Assembly: GCA_963718565.1 (NCBI GenBank)
Contig: OY970364.1
Location: forward strand, 320,001 to 384,000
DNA length: 64,000 nucleotides
Source: an uncultured Verrucomicrobiae bacterium
GTDB taxonomy: Bacteria; Chlamydiota; Chlamydiia; Chlamydiales; Rhabdochlamydiaceae
Reading direction: 5' to 3'
The first letter of the stretch is position 1, and every line of letters starts with the position of its first letter. Positions 21,120-30,677 of the stretch are shown in pieces. The notes under the pieces were generated by a model, which did no database searches, was not told the DNA's origin, and was given only the letters and a program-made list of their open reading frames with translations. A program made the position numbers and the translations under genes.

Positions 21120-21542
21120 ATGGATTATGGTATGGTAGGACCCGCACTTGTCTTAGGGCTTGGTTGCATTGGAAGTGCGATTGGTTGCGGCATCGGGGGC
21201 ATGGCCTCGCATGCTGTCATGAGCCGCGTAGAAGAGAATCACGGCAAATTCATTGGAATGTCTGCTGTAGCCTCTTCACAGTCCATCTATGGTTTTGTTT
21301 TGATGCTGCTCATGAAAAACAGCATTCAAGCAGGTTCTTTGACACCGCTATCAGGAATTGGGATTGGTTTTTCAGTGGGGCTTGCTCTGCTATTTTCTTC
21401 GATGTACCAAGGAATGTGCGCGGCTTCTGGCATTCAGGCGGCAGCAAAACAACCAGCGATCATCGGCAAATGTTTTGCGGCATTGGGCATTGTCGAATCT
21501 TTCTCGCTTTTTGCCTTCGTCTTTGCATTGCTATTGATCTAA
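21120..21542 (+). CDS. atpK: V-type ATP synthase subunit K (proteolipid), copy 2
   Basis: AGGAGG RBS, then MDYGMVGPAL. Co-linear paralog of 20248-20670. SSQSIYG and GIVESF. Confidence 0.93.
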   Translation: MDYGMVGPALVLGLGCIGSAIGCGIGGMASHAVMSRVEENHGKFIGMSAVASSQSIYGFVLMLLMKNSIQAGSLTPLSGIGIGFSVGLALLFSSMYQGMCAASGIQAAAKQPAIIGKCFAALGIVESFSLFAFVFALLLI

Positions 21543-21592
21543 ATCCCATGTGCGCTGGAAATCCTCCAGCGCGCGTCAAACTATAATGATAA

Positions 21593-21964
21593 TTATCGGA
21601 TAGAGTCCGCTTCTTTTGGAAACACAGAAATCATAGAGCCTTGTCCGCCGAGAACGTATACTTTAGTCCCTTGTTGAAGAGCTTTACCTTCAAGACGGTA
21701 CCATCCTTCTTGGCCTAAAAGTAAAACGTCGCCTCTTTCTGAAGCGCGGATAGCGCTTTCAAGGTCTTTTTGCGGGGCGATCACACGAATAGCTCCGTTG
21801 AACTCCTGTGTCTGAACAGGCTGTTGTACCTTGGTGATTTGAGGCGCTTGATTGTTTGTGTTTGTGTCTTTTTTATCTTGATTTCCCGCTACTGGAGATA
21901 CAGTAGAGCTCATTAAAGCAGCTCCTGTTCCTAAAGTAAGCATGATTGTAGAAATGAATTTCAT
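21593..21964 (-). CDS. Hypothetical exported protein
   Basis: AGGAGG RBS, signal-like N-terminus, Asn/Gln-rich linker. Confidence 0.7.
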   Translation of the reverse strand: MKFISTIMLTLGTGAALMSSTVSPVAGNQDKKDTNTNNQAPQITKVQQPVQTQEFNGAIRVIAPQKDLESAIRASERGDVLLLGQEGWYRLEGKALQQGTKVYVLGGQGSMISVFPKEADSIR

Positions 21965-22347
21965 TTTTCCTCCTAAAATATTCTAGAACTACGGACAAAA
22001 AGATAGGTAAATAAAATTTCAGTACCTATAATTTAATTAATAAAGATTTCAAATATTTTATGCAAGGTTATTCTGTTGTATGATTTAAATAATGTTACTA
22101 TAGTTTGTTTTGCATAATTACAGCGCAAGAATTTAGGAGGTATTAATTAATACCTCCGAGAAGCGATCGTTCAAAAATGGGCTGTTATAATGGCCCCCTA
22201 AATTCACATTTTTAGACTGGGCGCAGTATAATTTGTCATTGGCGCCCGACAGGTCTGAACTTATTCCTGACACAGGTTTTCTCTTGGATTAAATAAAAAA
22301 GGAGTTGTAAATAGGAGATTGAGAGCAAAAGGATAACCGCGATTCCT

Positions 22348-23748
22348 ATGGAAAAAGAAAAAATCCGCATTGAAAAGGACACGTTAGGAGATGTTCAGGT
22401 TCCCGGGGATAAATACTGGGGTGCCCAAACTCAGCGCTCTCATGAGAATTTTAAAATTGGTGGGCAGCCAATGCCCATCCCGATGATCCATGCGCTCGCT
22501 ATGATTAAGAAAGCCGCTGCGATTGTGAATTGCGAATTGGGCTTGCTTCCCAAAGAGAAAATGGAACTGATTGTGAAAGCCAGCGAGGAGGTCATTTCCG
22601 GCAAACTTGACGGTCACTTTCCCTTGGTCGTTTGGCAAACGGGATCTGGCACCCAGACTAACATGAATGTCAATGAGGTGATCAGCAATAAGGCGATCGA
22701 GCTCGCGGGAGGTAAGTTAGGATCTAAAACCCCGATCCATCCCAATGATGATGTGAACAAGTCTCAATCTTCCAATGACACTTTTCCCACGGCAATGCAT
22801 ATTGCGACGACTTTAGAAGTTCGTAAAAAACTCCTACCGAACCTCAAAACCTTACTCGAAGGACTAAAGACAAAATCCAAAGAGTTCTGCAAGATCGTCA
22901 AGATTGGCCGTACTCATTTGATGGATGCGACCCCCTTGACTTTAGGGCAGGAGTTTTCAGGTTATGCTGCACAAATCGAGCATGGGATTGAGGCGATTGA
23001 AAATGCCTTGAGGCACCTTTCTGAAATTGCTTTGGGAGGAACCGCTGTCGGAACGGGATTAAATGCTCATCCTAAATACGCTAAACGCGTCGCTGAAGTG
23101 ATCAGCGAAATCACAGGAGTGACCTTTACGACTGCGCGTAATAAGTTTGAAGCTTTGGCAAGCAATGACTCCATTGTAGAGATGAGCGGTGCTTTAAAAC
23201 GGTTAGCTTGTTCTTATTTTAAAATTGCCAGGGATATCGCTTGGATGGGATCGGGTCCACGCTGTGGGATTGGCGAATTGGACCTTCCGGAAAATGAGCC
23301 CGGTTCTTCTATCATGCCAGGAAAAGTCAATCCGACACAGTGCGAAGCAATGTTAATGGTCTCCTGTCAGGTTTTTGGCAATGACACGGCCATTAGTATG
23401 GCTGGAGCCGAAGGAAATTTTGAATTAAACGTCTTCCGACCTGTGGCCATCTTCAATGTATTGCAGTCGATAGATTTGCTTTCCGATACGGCGATTAATT
23501 TTTACGATAAATGCTTAGTCGGAATCAAACCCAATGAAATGCGGATTAAAATGCATGTAGAAAATTCTCTGATGCTCGCCACGGCGCTCAATCCGATCTT
23601 AGGTTACGACAAAGCTGCTAAGGCCGTGCAAAAAGCTCACAAAGAAAATTTGACTTTAAAAGATGCCGTTGTGAATTTAGGTTATATGAAGGAGAAGGAA
23701 TTCGATGAGGCGATCGATCCGAGCAAAATGGTCAATCTCAACGATTGA
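22348..23748 (+). CDS. fumC: Class II fumarate hydratase
   Basis: [37 protein letters not shown]. Confidence 0.98.
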   Translation: MEKEKIRIEKDTLGDVQVPGDKYWGAQTQRSHENFKIGGQPMPIPMIHALAMIKKAAAIVNCELGLLPKEKMELIVKASEEVISGKLDGHFPLVVWQTGSGTQTNMNVNEVISNKAIELAGGKLGSKTPIHPNDDVNKSQSSNDTFPTAMHIATTLEVRKKLLPNLKTLLEGLKTKSKEFCKIVKIGRTHLMDATPLTLGQEFSGYAAQIEHGIEAIENALRHLSEIALGGTAVGTGLNAHPKYAKRVAEVISEITGVTFTTARNKFEALASNDSIVEMSGALKRLACSYFKIARDIAWMGSGPRCGIGELDLPENEPGSSIMPGKVNPTQCEAMLMVSCQVFGNDTAISMAGAEGNFELNVFRPVAIFNVLQSIDLLSDTAINFYDKCLVGIKPNEMRIKMHVENSLMLATALNPILGYDKAAKAVQKAHKENLTLKDAVVNLGYMKEKEFDEAIDPSKMVNLND

Positions 23749-24244
23749 TGTGGATGCCGAGCTTGGTGAGCAAGTAGCGGCCGACCAGAATTGGATGCTG
23801 GAGAAGCAGTGTGATGAGGACCCAGTAAGAAACTCCTTCGATCTTTTTGCGAAGTATGGTCGCGTGATTGGCCGTCGCCTCGCGAATCCACCACTCATAG
23901 GGCGGAGGAAGGTCAGGAAGGGCATTTAAGGGAAAAAAGCGAATGTCTTTTGTTTCCGCACCTATTTTCATCGAACCGCTTACGATCTGACATTCAAAAA
24001 GATGAGAAAATTTCGTCATCCTATTCACGGGTAAATATTCTGCGACTTTTCTCACGATGGAGGAGTGAAAACCCGTTTCTTCAAGAACTTCTCTTATCGC
24101 CCCGCCCTCGGGTGTTTCTCCCCGATCTAAGCCGCCTCCGGGCAAGACCCAAACAGGAATGTCCCGGCGTTTGATCAGCAGCACCTCCGTTTTGGCAGCA
24201 TTGAATACAATTCCGTAGACAGCCTGGCCTTTTTCTTTTTGCAT
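23738..24244 (-). CDS. NUDIX hydrolase
   Basis: Nudix box [23 protein letters not shown]. Confidence 0.9.
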   Translation of the reverse strand: MQKEKGQAVYGIVFNAAKTEVLLIKRRDIPVWVLPGGGLDRGETPEGGAIREVLEETGFHSSIVRKVAEYLPVNRMTKFSHLFECQIVSGSMKIGAETKDIRFFPLNALPDLPPPYEWWIREATANHATILRKKIEGVSYWVLITLLLQHPILVGRYLLTKLGIHINR

Positions 24245-24365
24245 ATTAGAATGGATGCTGAGGAAAAAGTGTTTCTTGAATTTTGCTCCAATACTGTGAT
24301 AATGTAGCCGTCAATTGACTCATTTGAGTTGTTCCTTTCTAACATATTTTGACCTTATTGGCATC

Positions 24366-24851
24366 ATGAGAGTTAACCGTTTTTTACTGCTTTTCTTGCT
24401 GGCTCTCTCAGTAGTATTTTTTTCAAGCTGCCGGCAATATTATCTGTCTATCTGCCAGGAGTGGGTCGATGTGCGCTATCTTGCCAGCACTCATGTGGCA
24501 ACGCCAGATCCTAGGCAAGACCATCCTCCTATAGGGCAAATGCTGATTCTCGACTGGAGAGTCCCCAAAGAGATCCTCAAAAAAAAGCCGGAGGTAGTAC
24601 TGGACTTGATTTTATGGGATTACACCACGAGGCAAGTCCGTATACCGATCAAGCGCCAAATGGATTTTACAACATATAAATTGTTCAACGAAGACTATGA
24701 AAAGACGGGAGGGATTTTAACCTATAAGGCACAAATCGTGACTCAAGACGGGAAGATTTTTCGTGAATGGAAACATCAGCTCTGGGTCAATTTGATTACG
24801 ATCGATCAAGAAATGCCAGCTGGTGTCGAGAAGACCAAATCAGCCGAATAG
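24366..24851 (+). CDS. Hypothetical lipoprotein
   Basis: MRVNRFLLLFLLALSVVFFSSC leader with lipobox-like Cys. YLASTHVxTPDP motif. Confidence 0.72.
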   Translation: MRVNRFLLLFLLALSVVFFSSCRQYYLSICQEWVDVRYLASTHVATPDPRQDHPPIGQMLILDWRVPKEILKKKPEVVLDLILWDYTTRQVRIPIKRQMDFTTYKLFNEDYEKTGGILTYKAQIVTQDGKIFREWKHQLWVNLITIDQEMPAGVEKTKSAE

Positions 24852-25840
24852 ACCAACTCTTCCGTTGTTTGCCAATCCAGGCAAGGGTCCGTAATCGAGA
24901 CAGCATATTTGAGTAGTGAAAGATCTTCCGTCAAAGGCTGATTTCCACTTCTTAGGTGGCTTTCGAGCATCAGGCCGAAAATTTTATCGTTCCCTTTTTC
25001 AATCTGCTCCAAAATGGACGTAAAGACTTCGCGTTGCTTCTGATCATTTTTTTGGCAATTTCCATGCGCGCAGTCAATCATCAATCGTTGGGGGAGGCCG
25101 GCTTTTTTTAGCATCTTCAAGGCCAGACTTATGGAATCTGGATCATAGTTCGTGAAATCATTGGCCCCGCGAAGGATGATGTGAGAATCGGGGTTGCCCT
25201 CGCTTTGGACAACGCAAAGTTTCCCTTGTTCATCGATCTGGAGCAATGTATGAGGGTTCGTGGCAGAAAGAACCCCATGGACGGCGTTTTCAAGATTGCC
25301 ATCCGTACTGTTTTTAAAACCGATCGGCATCATTCTTGCCGAAGCAAATTGACGGTGCGGCTGTGATGCCGAAGTCCGTGCACCGATAAACCCCCAACTC
25401 ACGAGGTCTTCAAAATACAAGGCCGCAAGGGGATCGACGAATTCAGCGGCCGCAGGAATCTGCATCTCCGCCAAAGCGAGCAATAATTTTCGAGTCCATA
25501 ATAAGCCGGTTTTAATATCATGGCTGCCATCGAGATGAGGGTCGTAAAGAAGTCCCTTCCATCCTGTTGCCGTTCGAGGTTTTTCTATATAGACTCGCAT
25601 GACCATAAAGCAAGAGCGTTTGACGGATTCGGCGAGCTTTTTAAAGTGTTGGGCATAATCGAGAGCAGATGCGCAGTCATGAATCGAGCATGGCCCTATG
25701 ATCAACGCTTTACGCCGGTCTTGCCCTCGAATAACCTGTCTTGCAATTTCACGGGACTGCGCGATAAAAGTAGATGCTTGAAAGGACAGCGGAGATTGCT
25801 TTTTAAGTTCGCAAGGAGTGGGAAGAGCTATCGATATCAT
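24806..25840 (-). CDS. Class I-alpha DAHP synthase (AroF/G/H family)
   Basis: GPCSIHD, MRVYIEKPRT, IGARTSASQPHR, GFKNSTDG, IDCAHGN, SITDPC. Confidence 0.95.
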   Translation of the reverse strand: MISIALPTPCELKKQSPLSFQASTFIAQSREIARQVIRGQDRRKALIIGPCSIHDCASALDYAQHFKKLAESVKRSCFMVMRVYIEKPRTATGWKGLLYDPHLDGSHDIKTGLLWTRKLLLALAEMQIPAAAEFVDPLAALYFEDLVSWGFIGARTSASQPHRQFASARMMPIGFKNSTDGNLENAVHGVLSATNPHTLLQIDEQGKLCVVQSEGNPDSHIILRGANDFTNYDPDSISLALKMLKKAGLPQRLMIDCAHGNCQKNDQKQREVFTSILEQIEKGNDKIFGLMLESHLRSGNQPLTEDLSLLKYAVSITDPCLDWQTTEELVYSADLVFSTPAGIS

Positions 25841-26064
25841 TAAATGAGTGGGTGATTTTTTGCATCAGGCAGACCGTATATCGAAATATCGAAACAACAT
25901 GAAGAGCCGACCCTTCATGTTGCTTCAGTATAACATAGTAAAGCAAAATCTTGCAACAAGTTCTAAATTAGGCCAATCTTTCAGGAGCCGTGTCAGGGAT
26001 AAGTTCAGACCTGTCGGGGCGCCAATGACAAATTAGCTTCTTGTGACATATGTTTAAAGACTAC

Positions 26065-26178
26065 ATGAGCACGACGGATGGGATCAACGCAGAGACGCAG
26101 AGCCGCAGAGACGCGGAGAAAATTGAAAACAGATTGACAGAGCAGGTAATAGATGCTGCAATCGAGGTCCATTTTTGA
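26065..26178 (+). pseudogene. Truncated remnant resembling the N-terminus of a GxxExxY (PD-(D/E)XK-like) protein
   Basis: Manual translation MSTTDGINAETQSRRDAEKIENRLTEQVIDAAIEVHF*. Preceded by CGCAGAGA-type short repeats and cut by the end of a repeat at 26172-26193. Confidence 0.55.
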
Positions 26179-26263
26179 AGTTTCTTCAGTATAAATCAAA
26201 GTGTTGAGGCTAGGCATTATTTCAATGCCTAGCTTTAACACTTTTATTTACGCCCGCTTGGAC

Positions 26264-26686
26264 CAGGGTATAGGAAATTAAGAAGAATTTTTTAAACTTA
26301 GTAAAGGTTTTTAAAGTGTCTCTTTTTCACATGTCGGGGACAAAGCACTGCGTGTCCTTTATCCCCTGCTGGCCCCCTTGAGACTCATCTCGCTTTGCCA
26401 AATCGCGTGCTCGTCGGGGGGCCGTGCAAAGCACTGATCCCCCCATGCAAAGCGTAGAGGGCAGACAATTTCGAGACGGCCTATTGACGCTCAAGCAGAC
26501 ATGCGCCAGACTTGGCGTGAGCTTTTGGGAGTATTTGAGTCGGTGGTTTCGAGGGGATCCGGCTGAGTCTCAAGGGGCCAGCAGGGGATAAAGGACACGC
26601 AGTGCTTTGTCCCCGACATGTGAAAAAGAAGCACTTTAAAAACTTTTAGTGAATTTAAAAAAATCTTCTTAATTTCCTGCGCCCTG
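26264..26686. mobile_element. ISAs1-type MITE (423 bp) with ~120-bp inverted arms enclosing a captured IS66 transposase fragment
   Basis: Ends CAGGG...CCCTG. 10-bp TSD CCGCTTGGAC / CCGCTTGAAC (1 mismatch). Core 26449-26561 is the reverse complement of about 42660-42772. Confidence 0.88.
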
Positions 26687-26758
26687 CCGCTTGAACATTC
26701 TCGCTTTCAAAATCTTCGGAAAAAAGGTATCATGCTCCTTTTTTGTAGAGGTTGACGA

Positions 26759-27493
26759 ATGACAATGGGTGTTTCTTTCTCTCAGACTTTTCGTTGGACT
26801 GATTGCATTCCTTGCGATTGGGTCAATGATCTATGCAAGATTGTCTATGGTTTGGCGATGAAAATTTTTAACGCAATCAAAGATTGTTTTACTGTCAATC
26901 AGAATACACCGATAACTGGAGTGACAACAGGAACAACTCTAAACTCTACGGTCGCAATGACAAATGCCCCTAACCCGCGAAATATTATTCCTTTTTATTA
27001 TGGCCTTGAGGCCAACAACAACCATGTGACTTTACATCAAATCTTGAGTTGGGACGATGGACAACTTGAAGCTGTCCATAACTATATTCAATGGCTTTTC
27101 CCTTTAGAAACTGCAAGCGGTCCAAATCCCACAGCCCCTGTCCTTGATCAGGCAACGATCCAGACCTTCCGCGGCGATGCGCGGCTCAAAAACGAGCTCC
27201 TCAACTCTTTTCGCCGGATGTTGATTTTCTATGGACTGCGGATGGATGAGGCGACACGCGTGATCACCCGGGCGCCTAATTTTAATGTGCGTGCAGCAGT
27301 TTGGTTAACCCCTATTGATCATAATTATCATAATTTCTTGAGGATCACACGGATTATCCATTCACTGTGTATCCTTGGACTGACTGAGTATGGGCGAGCA
27401 TTTCTGACCGTGATGACAGATATTGCGCGCAATGAAGGTTCTGCTACTGTTGGCAATGACACTCTGAGATATTGGCAGACAGCTATATCTTAA
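26759..27493 (+). CDS. Opioid growth factor receptor (OGFr) conserved-domain protein, putative effector
   Basis: LEAVHNYIQWLFPL, RMLIFYG and HNFLRITRII motifs. Low-complexity N-terminal extension. Confidence 0.85.
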   Translation: MTMGVSFSQTFRWTDCIPCDWVNDLCKIVYGLAMKIFNAIKDCFTVNQNTPITGVTTGTTLNSTVAMTNAPNPRNIIPFYYGLEANNNHVTLHQILSWDDGQLEAVHNYIQWLFPLETASGPNPTAPVLDQATIQTFRGDARLKNELLNSFRRMLIFYGLRMDEATRVITRAPNFNVRAAVWLTPIDHNYHNFLRITRIIHSLCILGLTEYGRAFLTVMTDIARNEGSATVGNDTLRYWQTAIS

Positions 27494-27499
27494 GAGTTG

Positions 27500-30336
27500 C
27501 TAATTCATTTCTTCGAGTTTGCGCATCGTCTCGCTCAGCCCTTTTTCCGTTTGTGTTAAACTGTTTTTCAGCTTTTCGACCAACTGAGGCGGGGCTTTTT
27601 CTAAAAATGCACTGTTTGCTAGTTGCTCCCGTAAGCTATTTTGCTGGACGATGTATTTATCGCGCTCTTTGACAAGCCGCACTTTTTCTTTTTCCTGGAG
27701 TTCTTGTGGCAGAGGAATGACTAATTTCAAATTGCCGACGATGGAGCTGGCGCTGAACTCTACTTTTTTCTCTTCTTGGGAAAAAGTGATGTTCTGGGTG
27801 CGGACGAGGGCTTGGATAATTCCTAAATTACTTTCAACAAGAATGCGTTGCGGGTCTTCAGGGGACGAATGGACGTGCAAATCGGTGGCAGTACCCGGAG
27901 GAAGCTGCATTTCGGCACGGATATTGCGCACAGTGCGGATCACCTCATCCAAAAATGCAAAGGTGTTTTCGATCTGGGGATTGATGTCATTTGGGCGAGT
28001 GACTTTGGGATAAGGAGCGACGATGCACGCAGGCTTTAAAAGAGCATGGATTGTCTCCAGTGTGTAGGGGTCGGCTTTTTCTTTTCCGGTGAGTTCCGAA
28101 AATTTCGCTTTGAGCATCTGGAACAGCTCCTCCGTGATGAATGGAGCCATGGGGTGCATGAGACGAATGGCATTGCATAGGATGATACAGAGAACTCTTT
28201 GTTTGGTCTCTTTTTGAGCTTCAGTGCCGATTTTGCCGAAGAGAACCGGTTTGACGAGCTCGACGTAATAAGCGCAGAATTCTTTCCAGAAAAAGTCATA
28301 GGCAGTGACGGCTGCGCGGTCAAAGGCGTAGTCGGTCAAATACTGATTGACATCTTGAATGGTGCGATTGAGCAAAGACAGGATCCAGCGATCTTCTAGA
28401 GCAAGGGATTCGAGGTCCAGCCCTTTAGCAAAAGTTTCTGCAGAAAGGCTTTCAATATTCAGGAAGACGAAACGGGCGCCATTCCAAATCTTGTTGATAA
28501 AGTTCTTAAATTCCTCAAAACGTCTGCGATCGAGATCGATCTGCCGTGCTTGTGTCGCACTAGCGCACAAACCCATGCGCATGGCATCGGTTCCATAACT
28601 GTCGATAATCTCAATCGGATCGATGATATTGCCTTTTGACTTTGACATCTTTTCCCATTTTGAATGAACTTCCGGCGGAACGCTTTGGCCCAAGTCATAG
28701 GAGAGGCGTTCTTTGGGGCTCACATAGGCGATGGTCCATCCTTTTGATGGCGCCAATACGATTTGCCGTAGATCAAGCCATGTAAAAATGTCTCTGGGAA
28801 GGGAGGAATGTTATATTCATATTCTCCCATTAAAATCATCCGCGCGACCCAGAAAAAGAGAATATCGTGGCCTGTGATGAGTGTGCTGTTGGGATAGAAT
28901 TTCTTCAGATCCTCTGTTTGATCCGGCCATCCCAGAACGCTAAATGGCCAGAGCGCTGATGAAAACCACGTATCGAGAACATCTTCATCTTGGACCCAGG
29001 CATGGGGCTCTTTTTTAACCTCAGGAGGCTGATCGTCACCAGCGTAGCAAATCATCGCATCAGGATCGTCTTTGCGATACCAAATAGGAATACGATGGCC
29101 CCACCATAGCTGGCGAGAAATGCACCAGTCGCGCAAGTTGTCGATCCAATGGAAATAGGTGTTTTCCCAGTTGGAGGGGATGAGCCTGACTTTTTTCTCT
29201 TGGACGACTTTACGCAGCATCTCTTTAAATCCGCTCATGCGCACAAACCATTGTTTGGACAGATAAGGTTCAATGATGGCTTTAGAGCGATAGGAGATGC
29301 CAACGCGATGGCGGTGCGGTTCGATTTTGACAAGGAGGCCTTGCTCCTTCATCGCTTTAACGACAGCCTCACGCCCCTCTTCCCTTGTCATTCCCGCGAA
29401 TTTTCCAGCATTTTCATTCATGCGGCCATCGGGGGTCATCACATTGAGAAAAGGAAGCTTGTGGTTTAATCCTATCTCGTAGTCATTTGGATCATGAGCA
29501 GGCGTAATTTTCACGACACCCGTACCAAAGGTAGGATCGACAAAGCGGTCTGCGATCATAGGAATTTCATGATGAGTTAACGGATGGAGGATTTTTTTAC
29601 CGACAAATTCTTCATAACGATCGTCGGTCGGTGACACAGCAATTGCTGTATCACCGAGCATGGTTTCGGGTCGCGTGGTCGCGATGATGACATCGCCGCT
29701 TTTATCAATGAACGGATAACGAAAGTACCAGAGGAAAGAATCCTTGTCCTCGTATTCCACTTCATCATCGGCTAGTGCTGTTTGGGTCACGGGATCCCAA
29801 TTGACGAGATAATCTCCACGATAGATCAGATTAGCGTCGAACATCTTTTTAAACATCGCTTGCACAGCGCGATTGCGCTTTTCATCCATCGTAAATGCCA
29901 GACGAGACCAGTCGCAGGAACAGCCGACCTTTTTTAGCTGACTCAGGATTTGCTTTTCGCTGTTTTCTTTCCAACTCCAGACATGTTCGAGGAATTCTTC
30001 GCGTGAAAAATCTTTACGGCGTTTTCCCTGTGAGGCAATCAAGTGCCGCTCGACAACTGTTTGTGTGGCAATGCCGGCATGATCGGTCCCAGGCACCCAA
30101 AGCGCTTCAAACCCGGACATCCTTTTCCAGCGGATAAGCACATCTTGCAAAGTATCGACAAGAGCATGTCCCATGTGGAGCACGCCGGTGACGTTCGGTG
30201 GCGGAATGGAGATGCAATAAGCAGGCTTGGAAGATTGATTGTCGGCATTGAAAAACCTGTTCTCTTGCCAGAATGTGTACCATTTTTCTTCGATATCTTT
30301 GGCAATGAAGGCTTTTGGAAGTTGCTGTTCGCTCAT
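27500..30336 (-). CDS. valS: Valine--tRNA ligase, split by a single frameshift near 28737
   Basis: 5' ORF has PPPNVTGVLHMGH, ATTRPET, DWCISRQLWWGH and DVLDTWFSS. 3' ORF has KMSKSKGN and the anticodon/coiled-coil domains. Confidence 0.93.
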
Positions 30337-30677
30337 AGAGATTATGTTTTAAATTAAGAATGGATTTTAGAATATACTGCGCCCAGTCTAACATACTCAA
30401 GTAGAATAGGGCAAAGGGGATTAAAAGAGTGTGTTAACACGCTCTATAAGAGTGTAAATAACTTCTTTAAAGTTTTCTGCATCAACCTGATATACAATAG
30501 TTTAAAGTCGCGTAAGCTCAAAAAAATAACCACCTTTTCTTTTCATTTGCATCAAGGTTGTAAATATTATTATTTTAACAAATGCCTTGAATTTATATTA
30601 AATTATTTATTATAATTAGAGAATTAAAACAGTTATTCGCTGAAATAACAAAAAACCTTTAAATAAAGGAATTTATT

